64,000 nucleotides of DNA from an uncultured bacterium (GTDB lineage Bacteria > Patescibacteriota > Minisyncoccia > Phycocordibacterales > UBA9973), in assembly GCA_903894565.1 (NCBI GenBank), contig CAITQP010000016.1, positions 16,927 to 80,926 on the forward strand, in the 5' to 3' direction. The position numbers and the translations under genes are program-made. Position 1 is the stretch's first letter. Every line of letters starts with the position of its first letter. Below the pieces are notes generated by a model that was not told the DNA's origin, ran no database searches, and was given only the letters and a program-made list of their open reading frames with translations. Positions 20,615 to 30,615 of the stretch are shown here, one piece after another.

Positions 20615-21397
20615 ATGAAAGACCAGATGCTGAAGATCAAAGAATTGTTGCAAGAAGGTGGCTTTTTGAACAAAGAAATCGCTGTGTATATCTCTATCCT
20701 TGAACTCGGTCGGGGGACTGTCGCGGAGATTTCGCGCAAGGCGGGGATCAATCGCTCGACTGGCTATGTGACGCTCGATAGTTTGGCTGGCAAAGGACTC
20801 GTGAGTGTCTCAGGCAAGGAGCCAAAACAGGAGTACTCTGCAGAATCTCCTGAGAAACTCGTCGCGTACATGCGAGAGAGTGCGTTGCGTCAAAAAACGC
20901 TTGCCGATACAGCCGAAGCACTGCTTCCTGAACTCACCTCGATTCATCGCGTGGGGGACCGGCCTCGCGTGCGCTTCTACGAAGGACTCGCCGGACTCGA
21001 AGCGGTGTATGAAGATACGCTGACGTCGAGTGAGGATATCTATTCGACCTCGACGTACGAAGATATGCATGACGTGCTCCCGAAATACTTTTCTGACTAC
21101 TATGCACGACGCGCGAAAAAGAATATTTTTGTGCGCACGTTCGTGGCGGATACTCCAATCGCTCATATTCGTCGCGCGAATGATCTAAAAGAATTTCGCG
21201 AGACATTGCTCATACCACAAGCTGATTTTCCCGTGCCAACAGATATCGAAATATATGACAACAAGGTTATGATCGCCTCGTGGCACGAGAAGCTTGGAAT
21301 CATTCTCGAATCACAGGAGATCGCGACGACGCTCAAGAGTGTATTCAAGCTCGCTCGGGCTGAGGCAAAGCGACTCGACGAGGCACGAAAAAAATAA
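20615..21397 (+). CDS. TrmB-family transcriptional regulator
   Basis: N-terminal wHTH (EIAVYISILELGRGTVAEISRKAGINRSTGYVTLDSLAGKGLV). Start at MKDQMLKIKE. Confidence 0.65.
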   Translation: MKDQMLKIKELLQEGGFLNKEIAVYISILELGRGTVAEISRKAGINRSTGYVTLDSLAGKGLVSVSGKEPKQEYSAESPEKLVAYMRESALRQKTLADTAEALLPELTSIHRVGDRPRVRFYEGLAGLEAVYEDTLTSSEDIYSTSTYEDMHDVLPKYFSDYYARRAKKNIFVRTFVADTPIAHIRRANDLKEFRETLLIPQADFPVPTDIEIYDNKVMIASWHEKLGIILESQEIATTLKSVFKLARAEAKRLDEARKK

Positions 21398-21443
21398 CCC
21401 CTCGATAACGAGGGGTCGGACGGCGATTCGGACATGCGCACTT

Positions 21444-21866
21444 TTAAAAAATCTTCTCTAGTTTGTCCATAAACAGTAATGTTACCGTTGCAGGGGTAGA
21501 CGTATCTAGCCCGCACGATACTTGGTCCCCGACAAGTGTTCCCATCCATCGATTGGGGTACATAGCAAGTGGTGGGGTCGGCATACCAGCAGGTTCTTTC
21601 AGGTCTGCGTTCAAACGCTCTCGAAGATCAGATAGCCTATCCATAGGTACTTCGTATACGAAGTAGTACGTACTACTCTTATTCTTAGTATGAGTGTAGT
21701 CACTCATTGAGGTCGCACCTGCGTTTTTAGCACTTACGATGTGTTGATTTCGCCAAATTTCAAAATTCTTTGTTGAGCATGTTAACTCGCTGAGACATGC
21801 AACAATTCTAATTTTACCCATAATTGTCAGTTTTGCCCAATCTACCATATGGAATGCATTCGTCAA
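21444..21866 (-). CDS. hypothetical protein; doubtful ORF in the long pyr-upstream intergenic region
   Basis: 140-aa ORF without motifs. The region contains adjacent perfect palindromes. Confidence 0.25.
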   Translation of the reverse strand: MTNAFHMVDWAKLTIMGKIRIVACLSELTCSTKNFEIWRNQHIVSAKNAGATSMSDYTHTKNKSSTYYFVYEVPMDRLSDLRERLNADLKEPAGMPTPPLAMYPNRWMGTLVGDQVSCGLDTSTPATVTLLFMDKLEKIF

Positions 21867-22033
21867 ATGTTTTGACTTTTGGCTCCAATCTTGCTATTCT
21901 TTTCTGGATATACCCATGCAATCGAAAACCATCCACAACTTCGTTTTTGGTTTTAAACCCCACTCTCATTCTGAGGGCTGGGGTTATTTTTTTGCCTCGA
22001 CATCTCGGGGCTCCGACTATTCGGGAAGTGCCC

Positions 22034-23266
22034 ATGCTTAGTATCGAGGGAATGATGGTTTTGCCCGAGGGGACGCGAATTGCTCGGGTGGAGATTGATA
22101 CGGAGAGTGGAATGATCACGAAGGTAGCGGAGCCGGTAGGCTCCGCGGATATCGTGCTCGATAGCACGAAGCTTGTATTCCCAGGGTTCATCGACATTCA
22201 TGTACACGCACGCGAAGACGTGACTCATTCACAGGATTACAAGGAGGATTACCTCACTGCAAGTGAAGCCGCGATACATGGCGGACTTGTCGCATTTGCA
22301 GACATGCCAAACTGTCCGACACCACCAGTCGATGATGCGTCGTACAATGCTCGCGAGGCACTCACAGAGAAATCTGCAGTCACGATTTTGCTCTACGCCG
22401 GCATTGGACCAGCGACCAATCCGCTCACACACACAGTTCCATACAAGGCATTCATGGGTCACTCAATGGGTGATCTCTTTTTCAGCTCACGTGGTGAGCT
22501 CGACAGCACGCTCGCACGCTACGAAGGTCAATCAGTCAGTTTTCATTGTGAAGATCCAAAAATAATGGACGAACACAAAGGCGATGCGACACACGAAGCA
22601 CGTCGCCCTGCGATTGCTGAAACTTCCGCTGTCGACACTGCACTTCTATTGATTGAAAAATATAATCTCAAGGGCAAAATTTGTCACGCCTCAACGATCG
22701 AAGCGATTCAGAAAATCCGAGATGCAAAAGCGCGCGGCCTCAACGTCACCGTTGAAGTCACACCACACCATCTCTATTTTGACGAGACACAATTCCCTGA
22801 TCATGTACCGACACAATTTCAAGTAAATCCGCCAATTCGCCAAACCAAAGAAAATCGTCTTGCATTGATCAAAGCACTCCGCAGTGGAGACATTGATTAT
22901 CTCGCCACCGACCACGCGCCACATTCAATCGAAGAAAAGAAAAGCGGAATGTCTGGTCTCACGCATCTTGATACCTACGGCGCATTCACAACATGGCTCA
23001 TGCATGAACACGCATTTCGACCTGAAGATATTGCTCGCGTGTGCGCGAATGGTCCAGGGCAATTCATGAATAAATTTCTGCCGGATAAATACGGACTTAT
23101 CAAGGAAGGCTACACAGGGTCAATTACGATACTTGCACCAAATATGCCGACAGAAGTTCGAGCAGAGGATCTTGAAACAAAGTGCAAGTGGTCACCGTTC
23201 GAAGGAGTTACATTCCAAGGCAAAGTCGTTATAACCATAGTGAAAGGAAAAATATATGAATGCTAA
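22034..23266 (+). CDS. pyrC: dihydroorotase (cyclic amidohydrolase family)
   Basis: PGFIDIHVHAREDV, carboxylated-lysine region, DHAPH. Start trimmed to ATG at 22034. Confidence 0.8.
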   Translation: MLSIEGMMVLPEGTRIARVEIDTESGMITKVAEPVGSADIVLDSTKLVFPGFIDIHVHAREDVTHSQDYKEDYLTASEAAIHGGLVAFADMPNCPTPPVDDASYNAREALTEKSAVTILLYAGIGPATNPLTHTVPYKAFMGHSMGDLFFSSRGELDSTLARYEGQSVSFHCEDPKIMDEHKGDATHEARRPAIAETSAVDTALLLIEKYNLKGKICHASTIEAIQKIRDAKARGLNVTVEVTPHHLYFDETQFPDHVPTQFQVNPPIRQTKENRLALIKALRSGDIDYLATDHAPHSIEEKKSGMSGLTHLDTYGAFTTWLMHEHAFRPEDIARVCANGPGQFMNKFLPDKYGLIKEGYTGSITILAPNMPTEVRAEDLETKCKWSPFEGVTFQGKVVITIVKGKIYEC

Positions 23267-24305
23267 ATTAATTTTTAAAGACAAAACTGAATTCGAAGGC
23301 AAAAGTTTCGGGGCTGATACACCTGTCTCTGGCGAAGTCGTGTTTGCTACCGGTATGGTTGGATATCCTGAAGCGTTGACTGATCCATCGTTCCGCGGAC
23401 AGATTCTCGTCATGACATATCCACTCGTGGGCAACTACGGCGTGCCTCGCGAGGACCTCTGGGAATCAAAAGAAATTCAGGTTGCGGGACTCATTGTCTC
23501 CTCATATATAGACACTCCTTCACACTCGACATCAGAAATGACACTTGGGGAATGGTTTCGCAAACAGAATGTACCGCTCTTTGAAATCAAGGACACACGT
23601 GCGCTTGCAGAAAAATTGCGTGATGGGGGTGCGATGCTTGGCAAGATGATTGTTGGCAAAAAGGATATTCCATTTGTTGATCCGAACATTCGCAATCTTT
23701 CGGCAGAAGTTTCGACCAAAGAAATGCTCACGTTTGGTGAGGGAGAAAAAACTGTCGTGGTGATCGACTGTGGTACGAAGATGAATATCGCGCGACGCTT
23801 CGCGTCGCGCGGAGTCAAAGTCGTCGTCGTTCCATGGGACACTGACGTGACAAAACTCGACTTCGTCGTTGACGGCGTCCTCATTTCAAATGGCCCCGGC
23901 GATCCCAAAAAAGTTACTGCAACGATCGCAAATGTGAAAAAAATTCTTGCAAAGAAAATTCCAATTCTCGGAATTTGTCTTGGAAATCAAATCCTCGCGC
24001 TTGCAGCCGGAGGCAATACATACAAATTGAAATTCGGTCACCGCAGTCAAAACCAGCCAGCAGTACTATCGGGTACGAATCAGGCATACCTCACAACACA
24101 AAATCACGGTTTTGCAGTAGGCAAAATTCCGTCAGGATTTCGCGAGTGGTTTGTGAATGGGAATGATGGAACAAACGAAGGAATCATTCACAAGTCACTG
24201 CCAATCATGTCCGTACAGTTCCATCCTGAAAGTTCACCAGGGCCACTTGATACCGATTGGATTTTCGACTACTTCTTAGAAAAAGCTAACCTCCTCAAGA
24301 AGTAA
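23256..24305 (+). CDS. carA: carbamoyl-phosphate synthase small (glutaminase) subunit
   Basis: GMVGYPEALTDPSF, GICLGNQ catalytic Cys, HPE. Confidence 0.9.
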   Translation: MNAKLIFKDKTEFEGKSFGADTPVSGEVVFATGMVGYPEALTDPSFRGQILVMTYPLVGNYGVPREDLWESKEIQVAGLIVSSYIDTPSHSTSEMTLGEWFRKQNVPLFEIKDTRALAEKLRDGGAMLGKMIVGKKDIPFVDPNIRNLSAEVSTKEMLTFGEGEKTVVVIDCGTKMNIARRFASRGVKVVVVPWDTDVTKLDFVVDGVLISNGPGDPKKVTATIANVKKILAKKIPILGICLGNQILALAAGGNTYKLKFGHRSQNQPAVLSGTNQAYLTTQNHGFAVGKIPSGFREWFVNGNDGTNEGIIHKSLPIMSVQFHPESSPGPLDTDWIFDYFLEKANLLKK

Positions 24306-24308
24306 TCT

Positions 24309-27300
24309 ATGGCAACATCTAAAACGACAATGAAAAAAGACTCACAAAAAAATCACACTGCGAAATTTAAAAAAGTCCTCGTCCTCGGATCAGGAGCTTT
24401 GAAGATTGGTGAAGCAGGTGAATTCGACTATTCAGGTTCCCAAGCAATTAAGGCACTCAAAGAAGAGGGTATTAAGTGTATCCTCATCAACCCAAACATC
24501 GCGACATTCCAGACATCGAAAGAGCTTGCTGACGAGGTCTATTTTTTGCCAGTGAATCCATATTTCGTTGAAAAAGTGATTGCCAAGGAAAAGCCAGACG
24601 GCATCATGCTTTCATTCGGTGGACAGACTGCACTCAACTGCGGACTCGCCCTCGAAGAAAAAGGTATTTTGAAAAAGCATAACGTTGCCGTACTCGGTAC
24701 ACCGGTCGCTTCTATTGATCTCACTGAAGATCGTCAGCTTTTTGCAGATCATCTTCGTGCGCTCGGCATTCCAACTGCACCAAGTGGTGCAGCGACGAAT
24801 TTTGAAGATGCACTTCGCATCGGTCACCAAATTGGATTTCCCCTCATGGTTCGTGCAGCATTTGCGCTTGGCGGACAAAAGTCAGGAATCGCGCATGATG
24901 ACGCCGAGCTCAAAGAGATCGTGGACGGCGCACTCGCGATCGCGCCACAGGTACTCGTCGAAAAATATTTGCACCATTTCAAAGAAATTGAATATGAAGT
25001 CGTGCGTGACCGATTCGACAATACAGTTACAGTTTGTAACATGGAGAACTTTGACCCACTCGGTATTCATACCGGCGACTCGATTGTCATTGCGCCATCA
25101 CAAACGCTCAACAACTTTGAATATCATGGTTTGCGCGAAGCTTCAATTCGCATCGTGAAGAGTCTTGGTATCGTCGGAGAATGTAACGTGCAGTACGCGC
25201 TCAATCCAAATCCAAAAGAAGGGGAACTCGATTACTTTGTGATTGAGGTTAACGCGCGCCTCTCTCGATCGAGTGCGCTTGCTTCAAAAGCAACTGGATA
25301 TCCGCTTGCGTATGTTGCGGCAAAACTTGCGCTTGGAAAAAGTTTGCTCGAAATCAAAAACAAAATCACACAAGTCACTCAGAGTTTCTTTGAACCCGCG
25401 CTCGACTATGTCGTGGTCAAGTTTCCACGTTGGGATCTCGACAAGTTTGTCGGTGCCGATGTCAAAATCGGTAGTGCAATGAAGTCTGTCGGAGAAGTCA
25501 TGGCTATCGGCAGAAATTTCGAAGAAGCAATGCAGAAAGCTGTACGCATGCAGTCTGGAGCAACCGAAAGTGTGACTGACAACGGATTCGTCGACAAGAA
25601 TGAAGTGCGACGATTTCTTGAAACGCCAACTCCAAAGCGCTTGTTTGCCATTACGGAGAGTATGAAAGATGGGATGAGTGTTGATACGATTCACGATATC
25701 ACCGGTGTGGATCGCTGGTTCTTGTATCGACTCGAAGTTATTGTTCGAGCCGAACTCGCACTCGAAAAAACAAAGAAGCTCGATAAGGAAACCATGCTTT
25801 CGCTTAAACGACTCGGCTTTTCAGACAAGAAAATCGGACAAGTTATTGGCAAAACTGAATTTGATGTACGCAAGACTCGTAAGCAATTCAAGATTCTTCC
25901 TTCGATATTTCAGATTGATACGCTTGCAGGAGAAGTGCCTGCGAAGACAAACTATTTGTATCTCACATATCACGGCAATCACAACGACGTAAAGCCACTC
26001 GGCAAAAATGCAATCATGGTACTTGGTTCAGGACCATACCATATTGGAAGTTCTGTTGAATTCGATTGGTCATGCGTGAATGCTGCACTCGCTCTCAAGA
26101 AACACAAAAAAGAATCAATCGTCATCAACTGTAATCCGGAAACAGTTTCGACTGACTACGACATGAGTGATCGTCTCTACTTCGAAAACCTTTCATTCGA
26201 AACGGTTGCAGATATTTATGAGTTTGAAAATTCTGGAGGTCTCGTGATTTCTGTTGGAGGTCAGCGACCAAACAATCTTGCACGAAAGCTTTCGAAAGAA
26301 AAATTCCACATTCTCGGAACAACGGCGCAAAACATTGATCGAGCCGAAGATCGCAATGCGTTCAGTGCTTTGCTCGACAAACTCAACATCTTGCAACCAA
26401 AATGGCAGAGCTTTAGTACGCTCGAAGAGGCGGAGAAATTCGCTGAGATCGAAGGATATCCTGTGCTTGTACGTCCTTCATATGTGCTCTCAGGCGCTGC
26501 GATGAGTGTTTGCTACACAAAGGCACAATTGCACAATTTCATTGGCAAAGCCGCGATTCTTGGGCCAGAGCATCCAGTGACTATTTCGAAATTCGTCGAG
26601 AATGCGAAGGAACTTGAATTTGATGCCGTCGCTCAAAATGGTGAAGTCATGGTCTACGGTATTAGTGAACACGTTGAGAATGCTGGAGTACACTCTGGTG
26701 ACGCGACAATTGTTTTCCCAACTCAGCGCGTCTATGCATCGACCGAATCGCAAATCCGCGAAATCTCAAAAAAGATTGCGAAAGAACTTTCAATCACTGG
26801 ACCATTCAACATCCAGTTCCTCGTCAAAGACAACAAGCCGTCGGTGATTGAAGTGAATCTTCGTGCAAGTCGCACGTTCCCAATGCTTTCAAAAGCAATG
26901 GATGTGAACTTTCCAGAAATGGCAGTTGATAGTTTCTTCGGCAAAGCAAAGCCGCACACGTTCGTATACCCAAAGAGTGTTATCGTGAAGAGTCCACAAT
27001 TCTCCTTCTCACGATTGCTCGGTGCGGATCCAATCTTGCGTGTTGAGATGTCTTCAACTGGTGAAGTGGCATGTTTCGGAAAAGATTACGATGAGGCATT
27101 ATTGAAATCGATCATGAGTGCGCATACGTTTGATTTTCGAAAGAAAAGCGTCTTGCTCTCACTTGGTGGTTTGGTAAATAAGGCAAAATTCTTAGAATCA
27201 GCAAAGTTACTCAACGCACTTGGGTACAAACTATATGCGACAGAAAACACGGCAGAATTCTTGAACGAGCAAGGTGTCGAAACGACAATGGTACGAAAAG

Positions 27301-27575
27301 CATATGAAGATTCACCGAACTTCCTCGACCTCATGCATTCAAGAGAAGTCGCCTTCGTTGTAAACTTGAGTCAGACGGCAAGTATGAAAAAAGAAAAAGA
27401 GGGCGAGAAACAGCTCACCGATGGATTCCAAATTCGTCGCGCTGCTGTCGACAATCAGGTGCCACTCTTTACCGATCTTCATCTTGGACGAGCATTCATC
27501 AAAGCACTCTCGAATTATCAAATCGATGACCTTGAGATTAAGTCGTACAAGGAATATCTCGGTATTACTCAATAA
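24309..27575 (+). CDS. carB: carbamoyl-phosphate synthase large subunit
   Basis: 1088 aa, duplicated ATP-grasp halves, MGS-like C-terminal domain. Confidence 0.95.
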   Translation: MATSKTTMKKDSQKNHTAKFKKVLVLGSGALKIGEAGEFDYSGSQAIKALKEEGIKCILINPNIATFQTSKELADEVYFLPVNPYFVEKVIAKEKPDGIMLSFGGQTALNCGLALEEKGILKKHNVAVLGTPVASIDLTEDRQLFADHLRALGIPTAPSGAATNFEDALRIGHQIGFPLMVRAAFALGGQKSGIAHDDAELKEIVDGALAIAPQVLVEKYLHHFKEIEYEVVRDRFDNTVTVCNMENFDPLGIHTGDSIVIAPSQTLNNFEYHGLREASIRIVKSLGIVGECNVQYALNPNPKEGELDYFVIEVNARLSRSSALASKATGYPLAYVAAKLALGKSLLEIKNKITQVTQSFFEPALDYVVVKFPRWDLDKFVGADVKIGSAMKSVGEVMAIGRNFEEAMQKAVRMQSGATESVTDNGFVDKNEVRRFLETPTPKRLFAITESMKDGMSVDTIHDITGVDRWFLYRLEVIVRAELALEKTKKLDKETMLSLKRLGFSDKKIGQVIGKTEFDVRKTRKQFKILPSIFQIDTLAGEVPAKTNYLYLTYHGNHNDVKPLGKNAIMVLGSGPYHIGSSVEFDWSCVNAALALKKHKKESIVINCNPETVSTDYDMSDRLYFENLSFETVADIYEFENSGGLVISVGGQRPNNLARKLSKEKFHILGTTAQNIDRAEDRNAFSALLDKLNILQPKWQSFSTLEEAEKFAEIEGYPVLVRPSYVLSGAAMSVCYTKAQLHNFIGKAAILGPEHPVTISKFVENAKELEFDAVAQNGEVMVYGISEHVENAGVHSGDATIVFPTQRVYASTESQIREISKKIAKELSITGPFNIQFLVKDNKPSVIEVNLRASRTFPMLSKAMDVNFPEMAVDSFFGKAKPHTFVYPKSVIVKSPQFSFSRLLGADPILRVEMSSTGEVACFGKDYDEALLKSIMSAHTFDFRKKSVLLSLGGLVNKAKFLESAKLLNALGYKLYATENTAEFLNEQGVETTMVRKAYEDSPNFLDLMHSREVAFVVNLSQTASMKKEKEGEKQLTDGFQIRRAAVDNQVPLFTDLHLGRAFIKALSNYQIDDLEIKSYKEYLGITQ

Positions 27576-27584
27576 TAGAAATAT

Positions 27585-28502
27585 ATGTCACACGTACTCA
27601 CAACGAAGCAGTTCACAAAAGCCGACGCAGAACGTATCCTCGCGCGTGCGAAGGATATGGAATTGCAGTGTTCCACTGGAACTGTCGACAAATTGTTAAA
27701 AGACAAAATTGTTGCATGTATTTTCTTTGAGCCATCAACACGCACCCGACTTTCGTTTGAGACAGCCGCTCTTCGTCTTGGAGCTCAGGTAATTTCCGCA
27801 GAAGATGCTGCAGGGAATTCTTCAGCATACAAAGGGGAGACGATCAAGGATACCGCTCGGATTCTTTCATGCTACGCAGATGCAATTGTAATGCGCCACT
27901 ATCTTCCAGGAGCGGCCGAGGCTCTCGCCTCGGCCGCCTCAAAGCCCGTCGTCAATGCTGGCGATGGAGCTCATGAGCACCCATCACAAGGATTGCTTGA
28001 TCTCTACACGATCAAAAAGGAGCACGGACGTCTCGAGAATCTTACGGTGGCCTTTGTTGGGGATTTGAAAAATAGCCGAACACTACATTCTTTACTTCCG
28101 CTCATGGTGCAGTATCCTGGAAACATATTTTATTTTGTCTCGCCGAAAGAATTACGTGTTGCACCTGAACAGCTTGCAGACCTTACTGCAAAAGGTGTGA
28201 AATTCATCGAATCAGAAAATCTTGACGAAGTATTACCCAAAGCTGATGTGCTTTATATGACACGTGTTCAAAAGGAACGTTTCGAAAACGAAGCAGATTA
28301 TGACAAAGTAAAAGACGCTTTCTTGCTTGTAAAATCAGACCTTGATCAAATGAAGCCAGATGCGATTATCATGCACCCACTTCCACGTATTAACGAAGTT
28401 GATCATGCGATTGATACTGACAAACGCGCTGCATATTTCCGCCAAGCACAAAATGGTCTCTACGTTCGCATGGCACTTTTGCTCTACGTTTTTGGATTAT
28501 AA
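27585..28502 (+). CDS. pyrB: aspartate carbamoyltransferase catalytic subunit
   Basis: FFEPSTRTR, HPLP motifs. Confidence 0.9.
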   Translation: MSHVLTTKQFTKADAERILARAKDMELQCSTGTVDKLLKDKIVACIFFEPSTRTRLSFETAALRLGAQVISAEDAAGNSSAYKGETIKDTARILSCYADAIVMRHYLPGAAEALASAASKPVVNAGDGAHEHPSQGLLDLYTIKKEHGRLENLTVAFVGDLKNSRTLHSLLPLMVQYPGNIFYFVSPKELRVAPEQLADLTAKGVKFIESENLDEVLPKADVLYMTRVQKERFENEADYDKVKDAFLLVKSDLDQMKPDAIIMHPLPRINEVDHAIDTDKRAAYFRQAQNGLYVRMALLLYVFGL

Positions 28503-28528
28503 TTTTAAATTAGGAGTATACTGACCGT

Positions 28529-29257
28529 ATGGAAAATTCAAGTACAAAGGCTGTTTCGTTTGGTGCCACGATACTGAGCGTCGGGTTTATCGTGTGCACA
28601 CTTATTGGTGGATATTTCTTCTATCAAGCGCGCGCACTCGATAACGTGCTCTCAGTGACAGGTTCAGCCAAAATGGATGTTACAAGTGACCAAGTCAAAT
28701 GGGTCACAGTAATCACTCGACCAACGACCGCCTCGACGCTTAAGGCAGGATATGCGCAAATGAATTCGGATGCGACACTTGTAAAGCAATTTTATACTGA
28801 CAACAAAATTGATCCACAAGCACTTACAATCTCGCCAGTCCAAATGAATGAAGTGTATGAGCAATACGCAAGTGCTGACAAAAAATATACTTTGACGCAA
28901 ACGTTCGAACTTGATTCAGCTGATATCGATGGTGTAACTGCGCTATCAAAGGGTACTGAGTCACTCATTCAAAAAGGAGTTATTGCTTCAACACAGACGC
29001 TTGAATATTCATACTCAAAACTCCCAGATCTTCGTGTGAGCTTGCTTGCTGATGCTGTCAAAGATGCTCGTGCTCGTGCAAATGAAATCGTCACTGGTAC
29101 AGGCCAAGCAGTTGGCAAACTCAAGTCGGCATCAAGTGGCGTTGTCCAAGTCTTGTCTCCAAACTCAACAGATGTATCAGACTACGGATCGTACGATACT
29201 TCAAGCATCAAGAAGAGCATTATGGTCACAGTAAAAGCAACGTTTTCACTCAAGTAG
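28529..29257 (+). CDS. SIMPL/DUF541-like secreted protein
   Basis: N-terminal TM. C-terminal region matches the SIMPL family pattern. Confidence 0.45.
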   Translation: MENSSTKAVSFGATILSVGFIVCTLIGGYFFYQARALDNVLSVTGSAKMDVTSDQVKWVTVITRPTTASTLKAGYAQMNSDATLVKQFYTDNKIDPQALTISPVQMNEVYEQYASADKKYTLTQTFELDSADIDGVTALSKGTESLIQKGVIASTQTLEYSYSKLPDLRVSLLADAVKDARARANEIVTGTGQAVGKLKSASSGVVQVLSPNSTDVSDYGSYDTSSIKKSIMVTVKATFSLK

Positions 29258-29268
29258 GAAAAGCGCAA

Positions 29269-29380
29269 AGGAGCCACACACACTTATAAAAGCATCTTCG
29301 GAGCGCGACGGCGCGAGAATAAGGCGTAAAATCCTTCAGGATTTTACGCCGGTGCTTTTATGAGTGTGTGGCTCTTTTTC
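29269..29380. terminator. Compound nested hairpin structure between convergent genes
   Basis: Outer imperfect ~22-bp inverted repeat GAGCCACACACACTTATAAAAGCA/TGCTTTTATGAGTGTGTGGCTC enclosing a perfect 12-bp hairpin GGCGTAAAATCC-TTCA-GGATTTTACGCC. T-tract follows. Confidence 0.55.
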
Positions 29381-29406
29381 GCTACTCCTTGCATTCGTGA
29401 AAGTGA

Positions 29407-30147
29407 TTATTTTGCGCTTTTCCACCTGTCGAGGATGATGGCTCCCGCTATTGCTGCGTTGAGAGACTCGGCTTCGCCGAATCGAGGGATGGTGATTTTT
29501 TCGGTGGTGAGTTTTTCGACTTGAGCGCTGATGCCGTGTGATTCGCTGCCGATAACAAGAATACCATTCTTTGGGAATGCGTATGTGTGCACAGAGGTGC
29601 CTCCAAGGAACGCGCCAAGGACTGGGGCGTCTTGTTTTTTGAGATAGCTTGGTAAGTCAGTGTAGTGACCTCGGACACGTGTGAATGAGCCCATTGATGA
29701 TGCTACGACTTTTGGATTATACCAATCAACACATGTTCCTGAACAGATAATGTCTGTGATGCCGTACCAGTCAGCGATGCGAATGAGCGTACCGAGATTG
29801 CCTGGGTCGCGGATGTCGTCGAGTGCAAGTACGATGCCTTCAATCTTGGATGGGAGGATAGATACTTTCTGGTGTGCAATCGCAAGAGCTCCGTCGTTGT
29901 GTTCGAGCGTGCCGAATGCTTTGAGTTCAGCACTATCAACGGCCTGCGCCTTGATGTTTTTCTTGTCGAGAAGCTTTTGATTGTTTGCGATAAAATCTTT
30001 TGTCGCATAAACACTCTCCACAGGATAATCGCTCGCAATGAGTTCCATTACGCTCTTGGTACCTTCGACGAGGAACTTCTTGGTCTCTTGGCGGTATTTC
30101 TTTTCTCTGAGGGATTTGATGAGTTTTACGGCGTTTGGGCTAGTCAT
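29407..30147 (-). CDS. RNA 2'-O-methyltransferase, SpoU/TrmH family (RlmB-like)
   Basis: DPGNLGTLIRIADWYG, SESHGIS, EAESLNAAIA motifs. Confidence 0.8.
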   Translation of the reverse strand: MTSPNAVKLIKSLREKKYRQETKKFLVEGTKSVMELIASDYPVESVYATKDFIANNQKLLDKKNIKAQAVDSAELKAFGTLEHNDGALAIAHQKVSILPSKIEGIVLALDDIRDPGNLGTLIRIADWYGITDIICSGTCVDWYNPKVVASSMGSFTRVRGHYTDLPSYLKKQDAPVLGAFLGGTSVHTYAFPKNGILVIGSESHGISAQVEKLTTEKITIPRFGEAESLNAAIAGAIILDRWKSAK

Positions 30148-30236
30148 TCTTTGAGTATAGAGCAAAAGAGGGAATTCGGGAAGCACAAAAAAACACCCGC
30201 ATACGCGAGTGTTTTTTTTGTGCACAAGAGATGAGA

Positions 30237-30560
30237 TTATTTCTTCGGAGTTGGTGTTGCTGCCTGTGGTACTGCCGGGCCTACATCTGGAGCTCCAACA
30301 TCGTTTCCGTATGTTGCGTAACCACCATCTGCTGGGTATACACCCATCATTCCGCCACCGTAGTAGCGATGTCCGAATGATTCACCGCGACTTTCGAGCA
30401 TTCCTTTGAGTTCACCCATTTTAAAAGCAAAGAGGAATACTACTGCGAGAAGGGCAATCTTAACAGCCCATTTCATCATATGCTTGTGGCCATGATGGCA
30501 ACCATGATTGCATCCGCCACACATTTGTTCACCACCACACACATTTTTTTCATTTTCCAT
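30237..30560 (-). CDS. small membrane protein with Cys/His-rich N-terminus and Gly/Tyr-rich tail
   Basis: CGGEQMCGGCNHGCHHGHKH cluster, one TM, G/Y-rich C-terminus. Confidence 0.5.
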   Translation of the reverse strand: MENEKNVCGGEQMCGGCNHGCHHGHKHMMKWAVKIALLAVVFLFAFKMGELKGMLESRGESFGHRYYGGGMMGVYPADGGYATYGNDVGAPDVGPAVPQAATPTPKK

Positions 30561-30615
30561 AAAGTTTTTTTTATTATTAACTAATTAATAGAACTTATTA
30601 TATCACTGTTTCTTT

